The translations under genes were made by a program, and so were the position numbers. DNA of 64,000 bases, taken from a virus. Its lineage: Duplodnaviria > Caudoviricetes. The notes beneath the pieces are model-generated. The model was not told the DNA's origin. It did not search any database and saw nothing but the letters and a program-made list of their open reading frames with translations. The stretch is taken from positions 35,508 through 99,507 of the IMG/VR virus record IMGVR_UViG_3300001528_000699; one strand, given 5' to 3'. Positions within the stretch are counted from its first letter, which is position 1, and every line of letters begins with the position of its first letter. Of this stretch, positions 57,622-64,000 are shown piece by piece.

Positions 57622-59276
57622 ATTTAACTCCCGTACAAGAGAATTACGTAGATAATTATGTGAAAGAGATCATCTCCAACTTACCCCCTAAGGCGATCCA
57701 GGAGTTGATGTCCGGGTACGGGAATGACTTGGATAAACTTCTGGGTGAGATGCGGAGGCAGACTGCTATCGTAACTCACATGGACCGAACCTTGGATATA
57801 GAGAAGTTGGAGTATCTTTCGGCGGTGGAAAAGAGCATGGATCTTTCTCTCCGAAAACAGAGTTATAATTATTTCAAGACGGTTTGCCTTCCTACCTTCA
57901 GACAAGGATGGAGAAACTTGGAGTGGGGTAATATCGTTCAGCTTTATCCGTATAATGGTATACTCGCAAGTAGGGGGTCGGGCAAGAGCTTCGAAGGGTG
58001 TTTTGCGTTCATTTTATGGAGGTTATATTCTTATGATAGACCTTCAACTTTTCTAAGAGAGAGCGTTGATAATCGGAATCGGAAAGAGACTTGCATGATC
58101 ACAAATAACGAAACTCTCGGTAAGAAACATATCGCGATGATCATTTCTGAGATAAATCAAAACGATATACTGAGAGAGAAATTGAACGCGAATATGAAAG
58201 CGAAGTTGGCAGCAACATCAATCACGACGGAAACTGATTCGATCCTCCATCTAAGATCGAAGGATTCCATGATTCGTGGTCTTCACGTTGGGGCTGTTGT
58301 TTGCGATGACTTGCCGGATGAATCAGCTCTTTATTCACAAGAGCAGAGAGAGAAATTGCACGAAGTTTTTTACGGTTCAATCACCCCTATCGTGGAACCT
58401 TTTGGGTATTTATGCGTTTTTGGTACCCCCTATAACGGAGGTGATATATACGGGGATTTAAAGAATGATGCTCGTTTCAAGGTATTCGAGTATCCGGCTA
58501 TATTTCCGGATGGGCAACTTCTCGCTCCTGACCGTTTGACTTTTTCAAGGTTAACGGAGGAGAGGCAATCGCTTGGAACGCTGGTATTTAACCGCGAGTA
58601 CCTGGTTGTCCCTGTTGCTGATACGTCAACCATTTTCCCGTACGAGTTCCTGAAAAGATCAATTCATGGGATGGAGCATATCAGTTTCACGAATGATATA
58701 GAGAGTTATCCCATAAAGTTAGTGAGAGTGGTTGTGGGGTGCGATTTCGCCATATCGGGAAACGTCGGTGCCGATTACACGGTTTACACGGTTTGGGGTA
58801 TTGATTCGAATAACCTGATTTACCTTATCAACCTGTACAGGGAACAGGGCGCGAGTCACGACCTTCAAGTTAACCGGTTGATAGAGTTTAATGCTAGGTA
58901 CAAGCCGAACAAGTTGGTATGTGAATCGAACGGCTTTCAGAGAATACTAGCTGGGATGGCGAAGGAGAGGGGTCTGATTAATATAGAGGAGTTTATAACT
59001 ACTGAAGGAAATAAAAAAGATTTGAAACTAGGTTTACCGTCGTTATCCGCATTGTTCGAGAGCGGGCGGTTAAGGGTTCCTTACGGAGATGAGAACACGC
59101 GAAAGTTGGTTGATATCATGTTCGGTGAGTTTAATTCAATCGCGTTCAACTCGAAGAAAGGAACTTTGGAATCTGTTTGCGGTCACGATGATACCTGTAT
59201 GTCATCATTTATGGCGATACAGGATCTGAGGGAGAACAAGATGGTTGCGACGATAGATTACATAGACATGGATTAG
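57618..59276 (+). CDS. terL: Terminase large subunit
   Basis: Walker A SRGSGKS, Walker B VVCDD, GTP coupling motif, FNREY, nuclease GCDFA...HDD. Confidence 0.92.
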   Translation: MNLTPVQENYVDNYVKEIISNLPPKAIQELMSGYGNDLDKLLGEMRRQTAIVTHMDRTLDIEKLEYLSAVEKSMDLSLRKQSYNYFKTVCLPTFRQGWRNLEWGNIVQLYPYNGILASRGSGKSFEGCFAFILWRLYSYDRPSTFLRESVDNRNRKETCMITNNETLGKKHIAMIISEINQNDILREKLNANMKAKLAATSITTETDSILHLRSKDSMIRGLHVGAVVCDDLPDESALYSQEQREKLHEVFYGSITPIVEPFGYLCVFGTPYNGGDIYGDLKNDARFKVFEYPAIFPDGQLLAPDRLTFSRLTEERQSLGTLVFNREYLVVPVADTSTIFPYEFLKRSIHGMEHISFTNDIESYPIKLVRVVVGCDFAISGNVGADYTVYTVWGIDSNNLIYLINLYREQGASHDLQVNRLIEFNARYKPNKLVCESNGFQRILAGMAKERGLINIEEFITTEGNKKDLKLGLPSLSALFESGRLRVPYGDENTRKLVDIMFGEFNSIAFNSKKGTLESVCGHDDTCMSSFMAIQDLRENKMVATIDYIDMD

Positions 59277-59277
59277 A

Positions 59278-60687
59278 ATGGAAAAGATAAACGCGAATTT
59301 TTTAGGTGAACTTTTTCGTAAGATGTTTTTGAACAAGGATATGATGTCAATTGTTGACAGATACCTTGATTTTAAATTCATACCGAAAGAGGAGGTCGGG
59401 TATAAATTTGTACTGAAAGAAGCGAAGGATCAGTTTCACAAGTACGATAAAGTACCTTCTCTCGGTGTGATAGCTCAGAAATATAATGATAATGAGTCTA
59501 TTCAGATAGCCGTTCAACAAATAAAGGGGTCAGAAATCGTGGATGATGAGGTCCTTCTAAACCAGTTGGAGAGCTACATAAAGGATAGTGAGTTTCTTCT
59601 TTTAAATAAAGAAATAGTTGATCTTTACGGTGAAGGAAAGAAAGAAGAGGCGATGAGGGTTAGCAGGGAGGAGAGCGCGAGAATAACTGAGTTTTCATTG
59701 AGAGCTCAATCGGGGATGTTTTTGGGTGTGTTCTCGGATTTTGATCGTTGCAGGGCTGACTGGGTGGAGAAGAAGGAGAAAGATCCACCGGTTGAGTTCG
59801 GGATAGATGCGTTGGATGATAAATACGGTGGGATAGATGTAGGCGACACGGAATTGTGGATTGCGAGAAGTGGCGTTGGAAAGAGTTCTGTGTTGAGGTG
59901 GAGAGGTATGTCGACCGCTCTTTTGGGTCATGACGTGCTTCACATCCAGTGCGAGGAAGCGAAGGAGAAGGTCCACATGAAGTATGCTCAAATGTGGACT
60001 TATAAAACTTATTCTGATTTAAAAGAAGGTGATTTCACGAAGGAGGAGTTGGCTGGATTTCATGAAGTGATCGATCAAGTCAAGCACTTTGGGGCTGATA
60101 TCAAGGTGTACAGTTTTAAGAAATTCGGTGATGCCACGATAGGTGACGTCAGATCCATCTGTATTGAATACAAGAAGCTGGTTGGTAAGTTTCCGAGATT
60201 ACTTATAATTGACTCGTTTAACTTGATAAGAACAGGTATACCGAGTTTTGACAACGATCCTAAACCGAAGTACAGGTTTCAGGAATGCGGGAAGAGGTTG
60301 AAAAATATGTGCGAAGAGTTTGGGATGTCATGCGCAACCGCCATTCAAACGGGGGATGTTCCTTTTGAAGTTTGGAATGATGAAGAGAAAGTGATAGATC
60401 GTAGTTATGCCGAAGGTGATAGAACGGTGGTTCAACCTTTTAGCTGGGTGTTCTCCATCAATCAAACGCTGGAAGAGGTGAAGAACAAAACATGTCGGAT
60501 TTTTAAGGATAAAGTCAGGGATTATGAGAACGTTGACCCGGTCTTTAAAATAGCAACGAATTATAACGCGGGACGGTTCTATGATAGAAAGAGGACCATG
60601 AATGAGTTCTATGAATTGAAGATAACGCATGTTCAAGGTGGCGGGCGGAAGAAGAGATCGGGAGAACAGAAAGGGAGGGTGTTATGA
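59278..60687 (+). CDS. DnaB-like replicative helicase
   Basis: ARSGVGKS, QCEE, LLIIDS, TAIQ. Confidence 0.88.
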   Translation: MEKINANFLGELFRKMFLNKDMMSIVDRYLDFKFIPKEEVGYKFVLKEAKDQFHKYDKVPSLGVIAQKYNDNESIQIAVQQIKGSEIVDDEVLLNQLESYIKDSEFLLLNKEIVDLYGEGKKEEAMRVSREESARITEFSLRAQSGMFLGVFSDFDRCRADWVEKKEKDPPVEFGIDALDDKYGGIDVGDTELWIARSGVGKSSVLRWRGMSTALLGHDVLHIQCEEAKEKVHMKYAQMWTYKTYSDLKEGDFTKEELAGFHEVIDQVKHFGADIKVYSFKKFGDATIGDVRSICIEYKKLVGKFPRLLIIDSFNLIRTGIPSFDNDPKPKYRFQECGKRLKNMCEEFGMSCATAIQTGDVPFEVWNDEEKVIDRSYAEGDRTVVQPFSWVFSINQTLEEVKNKTCRIFKDKVRDYENVDPVFKIATNYNAGRFYDRKRTMNEFYELKITHVQGGGRKKRSGEQKGRVL

Positions 60688-61700
60688 GGGTGATTGATAA
60701 AGATGAGCTGATGGCGGAATTGAACCTTCGACCGTTCGGTCAGAAAGGGTGGATGACATCGAAGGAGGATTGTCCTTATTGCGGAAAAGGTGGGAAAAAC
60801 GCGTTAATTTTCACTGAGGACGGTCATTCCGCTATCTATCATTGCTTTAAATGCGGAACGGTGAAGGGTGTACGGGATTATCTTGTTAAAATTGATCGGA
60901 AAGATTTGATCAGCAAGGAGTATCGGATGTCAAAAAAAAGCGTTAACTTAACGCCTTTAATCAAGGAAGAGGAAGAAGTTGAAGAGGAAGATTTGAAAGA
61001 AGCTCGTTTACCGATAGGGTTGAAGCCGCTGGTGAACGACCCCTACCTTGATAGAAGACATTTTTTGAGAGAACATTACGAGGAATTTGAACCGTCAAGA
61101 ACGACATCTATTTTGGAAGAGAAATTATCAAAACATGATTATATCGTCTTCAAGATAAAGGAGAAAGACAAAGTGGTCGCGTGGCTCGCCAGATCGAGAT
61201 ATGACAAAAAATGGCATGATGATAACCGGGAAAGGTACAAGGAAGGGAAATGCGATCTCGTTCTTCGCTACATGAATAGTCAGGATGGGTTCTCTCACAT
61301 TCTCGGAGGGTATAATTTTATAGGTGATAAAACGGAAACGGTTATACTTGTTGAAGGGCTGTTTGATAAAGTGAATGTTGATTACCTCATGAATTTGACC
61401 TTTAATGACGAGGTGGCTTGTTGTTTCACTTTCGGGAAGAAGATAAGTCCCGGTCAGTTAAAACAACTCAGGGAAACCTCTATCAAAACAGTTATCTTGA
61501 TGTACGACGAGGATGCTTTGAGGGAGAGCAAGGAAAATTCAATCAGATTGAGTAAGTTTTTTGACGTGAAAGTATGCAGGATAAAAGACAAGAATATTGA
61601 TCCCGGAAACATGACCTTCGATTACCTTCAGAAGACGTTAGAGGGAATGGAAGATCCGCTTAATTTTTATCTGAATAATTTAGACAAAATGGTTATATAA
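60684..61700 (+). CDS. DNA primase (Zn finger + TOPRIM)
   Basis: CPYC...HCFKC; ILVEGLFD; MYDED; DPG. Confidence 0.88.
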   Translation: MRVIDKDELMAELNLRPFGQKGWMTSKEDCPYCGKGGKNALIFTEDGHSAIYHCFKCGTVKGVRDYLVKIDRKDLISKEYRMSKKSVNLTPLIKEEEEVEEEDLKEARLPIGLKPLVNDPYLDRRHFLREHYEEFEPSRTTSILEEKLSKHDYIVFKIKEKDKVVAWLARSRYDKKWHDDNRERYKEGKCDLVLRYMNSQDGFSHILGGYNFIGDKTETVILVEGLFDKVNVDYLMNLTFNDEVACCFTFGKKISPGQLKQLRETSIKTVILMYDEDALRESKENSIRLSKFFDVKVCRIKDKNIDPGNMTFDYLQKTLEGMEDPLNFYLNNLDKMVI

Positions 61701-62171
61701 ATGGCAGCTCAAAAAGAAAAGTTAACGGTGAGAGAATATTTCGAGCAACTTGAACTCGAATATTTTTCCTATTTGTTCAGAGCCTTGGTTTATGAAGAAC
61801 CTTATTTCATCAAGATGTGCTCTGATATCTGTGAGAAAAAGAAAGTGAAAATATTGAAAGTGGCACATCAATATCAATTGGTAAGCATTTTCAAGGATAG
61901 CGGGGAGTATCAGAGAATGTTGAAGGATGTTTTTCTTCAACCTTACGGCATGCCGGCTATGAAATATGATCCTTCAAAAAGAAGTCCCGTTGTTCATGAT
62001 CGGCATTACGCTTTCAAGAAAGGTCGTCAAGTTAAGTATAAAGGGGAAGTGTGCACGGTGAAAGAGAATAATCCTAACTGGGAAAGAATAATTGTGGTTG
62101 ACGAGAAAGGAAGTGAGATACCTTTGCGGTATATTGACGTGGAATTGTTGGTCGAAAATTTGTTTATCTGA
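61701..62171 (+). CDS. Hypothetical protein with C-terminal SH3-like barrel
   Basis: FKKGRQVKYKGEVCTV. Confidence 0.65.
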   Translation: MAAQKEKLTVREYFEQLELEYFSYLFRALVYEEPYFIKMCSDICEKKKVKILKVAHQYQLVSIFKDSGEYQRMLKDVFLQPYGMPAMKYDPSKRSPVVHDRHYAFKKGRQVKYKGEVCTVKENNPNWERIIVVDEKGSEIPLRYIDVELLVENLFI

Positions 62172-62190
62172 TAAACTTTGTGTATCTTTA
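62159..62190 (+). promoter_or_regulatory. Promoter
   Basis: TTTG-N20-TATCTTTA. Confidence 0.7.
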
Positions 62191-62219
62191 TGGTGTTGAT
62201 TAAAAATATTTAGAATGTT

Positions 62220-62858
62220 ATGCCATTAGCTGATTTTAATAAAGGAACGAAAATTTGCCCGAGATGTTTACGGGAATTGAGCTTGGATAGATTTTGCGTT
62301 AAAAATCAAGCGAAAGATAAGCTCAATTCTTATTGCAGGGAATGTGAACAAGAAAAGAAAGTTCTGACAAGAAAAAATAATCCTGAAATAGCTGAAAGAA
62401 AAGCCTTGTATGATAAAAGTTATCGATCAAAAAAGGAGCGGAGAGAGGTAAGGAGTGTTTCTGATAAAAATCATCGAATTTCTAATAGTCATTTTCGGAA
62501 AGTTGAAACTATTAGGTCGTACATGAATCAAGGCTTGTCCGGCAAATTAAAAAGATCAAAAGTGTTTATTGGATTTTTGAATTGTACGATTGATGATTTT
62601 AAGCAATATATTGAATCAAAATTTTTGCCTGGAATGGATTGGTCGAGTAGGGGTAAAACAATTGATTGTTGGAGTATAGATCATATTGTCCCGTTTAGCT
62701 ATTTTAATCTCGACAACGAGGAAGAATTAAGGATTGCTTCAAATTATTTAAATTGTAGACCTGTATGGAATAAAGAAAATTTATCAAAGGGAGCGAATTT
62801 ACCTGAAAATTATAAGGATATTATCGATGTAATTAAAAACAATTTGTATGGAAATTAG
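62220..62858 (+). CDS. HNH homing endonuclease
   Basis: CPRC/CREC N-terminus; WSIDHIVP...NYLNCRPVW...NLSKG; AT-rich. Confidence 0.85.
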   Translation: MPLADFNKGTKICPRCLRELSLDRFCVKNQAKDKLNSYCRECEQEKKVLTRKNNPEIAERKALYDKSYRSKKERREVRSVSDKNHRISNSHFRKVETIRSYMNQGLSGKLKRSKVFIGFLNCTIDDFKQYIESKFLPGMDWSSRGKTIDCWSIDHIVPFSYFNLDNEEELRIASNYLNCRPVWNKENLSKGANLPENYKDIIDVIKNNLYGN

Positions 62859-63438
62859 AAAGTTATTTAGAATTGAAGCGGCTCAGCATGTGGTAAGAAA
62901 CGCAACATCTTTTAGATGTTCACATTCAGTTCATAATCATGGTGTTCAAGTTGAGTTGTTTTTTAAATCCGAGCATTTGGATAACGCTCAGATGGTTTGT
63001 GATTTTGGTATATTAAAAAATATTGTGGGAAAATTCATTGATTCTTTTGATCATTGTATGGCGTTTTGGTGCAAAGATGACCCTGAATATATTCGCGATA
63101 TGCAGAAGTGGAATGATAGGTGGATCATTTTACCGGTAAATCCAACAGCAGAGGCACTGTCTATTTATCTTTGTGCGACAGTAAATTATCTTTTATCGAA
63201 AATAAAATTCGCTAACGGTGAAGGTGATGTATATTGTTCAAAGGTAATTTATCATGAAACATCAACGGGATACGCTGAAGCGTTGAAAGATGATGTTGAT
63301 ATGCTTTCCGATGTGCTTGGTGTAACTGAATTTTCTGATGGCGTGATCGTGGATTGGCCGAAAGAATTGGTTGACATAATGCTTGGAAATAAAAGTTTTA
63401 TTAAAAACAAGGCACCCGAATTACAGGTAAAATTATGA
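62848..63438 (+). CDS. queD: 6-carboxy-5,6,7,8-tetrahydropterin synthase (QueD2-like)
   Basis: HVVRN...CSHSVHNH, DFG, FDH, NPTAE, HET. Confidence 0.88.
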   Translation: MEIRKLFRIEAAQHVVRNATSFRCSHSVHNHGVQVELFFKSEHLDNAQMVCDFGILKNIVGKFIDSFDHCMAFWCKDDPEYIRDMQKWNDRWIILPVNPTAEALSIYLCATVNYLLSKIKFANGEGDVYCSKVIYHETSTGYAEALKDDVDMLSDVLGVTEFSDGVIVDWPKELVDIMLGNKSFIKNKAPELQVKL

Positions 63439-63668
63439 TAACAAAAGAGGAAGTTGAATCATTGATTGATCGATACGGGTTTGATGAGAGTTTGGCTTTC
63501 GAGCTTTCCTTGCCGGTGATCGATTTGAGAGTTGGAGGGTTCGATGAAGAGGCGGATGAATTAAAGGAAAAGCAAATCAAACTTGTAAAAGAAATCGTGA
63601 AGGAAAGAGAGATATCTGATATGGAATTTGAAGAGTTTAACGAGATGTATAACAGTTATTTATATTAG
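63435..63668 (+). CDS. Small acidic hypothetical protein
   Basis: ORF coupled between queD and queE. Confidence 0.6.
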   Translation: MITKEEVESLIDRYGFDESLAFELSLPVIDLRVGGFDEEADELKEKQIKLVKEIVKEREISDMEFEEFNEMYNSYLY

Positions 63669-63671
63669 AAA

Positions 63672-64000
63672 ATGGATTATAAAGAAATTCAACCGATTAT
63701 TGATTTGTTTCCTTGCTTGCAAGGAGAGGGAATGTATGTAGGTGTCCCGCATATTTTGATAAGACTTTCAGGGTGTAATTTAAGGTGCGCTTTCAAGGGG
63801 AGTTTATGTGATACGGCGTACAGTTCATGGAACCCCGAGCAAGGAAAATATTCGTTACAAGATGTTGTCAATGTTATCAGTCAGAATCCTCAGATAGCGA
63901 ATATTCTTATTACGGGAGGTGAACCGACCTTGCACCCCGTTTTGTTGAGGGATTTAATCAATATAGCGAGAAAGGCGAAGAAAAAGGTAACGATTGAGAC
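63672..64000 (+). CDS. queE: 7-carboxy-7-deazaguanine synthase (radical SAM), partial, runs off window
   Basis: LQGEG...RLSGCNLRCAFKGSLCDT...ITGGEP...VTIET. Confidence 0.92.
   Translation, partial: MDYKEIQPIIDLFPCLQGEGMYVGVPHILIRLSGCNLRCAFKGSLCDTAYSSWNPEQGKYSLQDVVNVISQNPQIANILITGGEPTLHPVLLRDLINIARKAKKKVTIE

Larger units (their letters stand above)
1..64000. mobile_element. Segment of a large Bacteroidota-infecting myovirus (or prophage) genome
   Basis: Portal, protease, capsid, sheath, tube, baseplate J, terminase, helicase and primase are all present; no host housekeeping genes; Bacteroidota-type promoters and leaders. Confidence 0.95.

Noticed and set aside
11859-63871. Numerous minus-strand shadow ORFs within + strand structural and replication genes (e.g. 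14580..15248, 63689..63871)
   Set aside because: Antisense to well-supported genes, with no motifs or leaders of their own
1-64000. Stop-codon reassignment and tRNA genes
   Set aside because: Long genes are intact in the standard code and TAA, TAG and TGA all end genes; no cloverleaf recognised

Overview
The whole window is part of a large contractile-tailed dsDNA phage (myovirus). It has a Herelleviridae/SPO1-like virion gene order, and its host is very probably a Bacteroidota (Bacteroidales) species. Host evidence: DUF4494-like gene, TTTG-N19/20-TAnnTTTx promoters, A-rich leaders without Shine-Dalgarno sequences, and a signal peptide followed by Gln. Layout from left to right: small accessory genes; a cluster of short non-coding units; a lysozyme-like gene with a possible holin; a head-spike/fibre module (2.9-4.9 kb); a minus-strand early block with two antirepressors, two paralogous envelope proteins and a wHTH protein; an iteron- and hairpin-rich non-coding locus (10.4-11.1 kb); the head module (portal, spanin-like pair, intein-containing MuF, protease, scaffold, major capsid); neck, tail and baseplate genes with a long fibre and a 1754-aa LRR/LamG baseplate protein; an approx. 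350-nt structured non-coding element; then DNA metabolism genes (HNH, DEDDh exonuclease, terminase large subunit, helicase, primase) and the start of a 7-deazaguanine cassette (queD, queE). The best candidate for an undescribed system is a capsid 'cargo' cassette between portal and protease. Several unrelated proteins there share a repeated GE-x-R-x-W-x-G-x2-Y-x-KT-x2-GW module behind a hydrophobic-x-K|[A/S] site. The same site type is dense in the scaffold and sits at the capsid N-terminus. The apparent cargo includes an ADP-ribosyltransferase and a Nudix + DUF6582-like + Dps-like polyprotein. Other highlights are the structured RNA at 54.85-55.2 kb, two 5' leaders with the same A-B-A'-B' switch architecture, and a window-wide TAnnTTTA promoter variant. 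All family calls come from motif recognition by eye; no searches were run.
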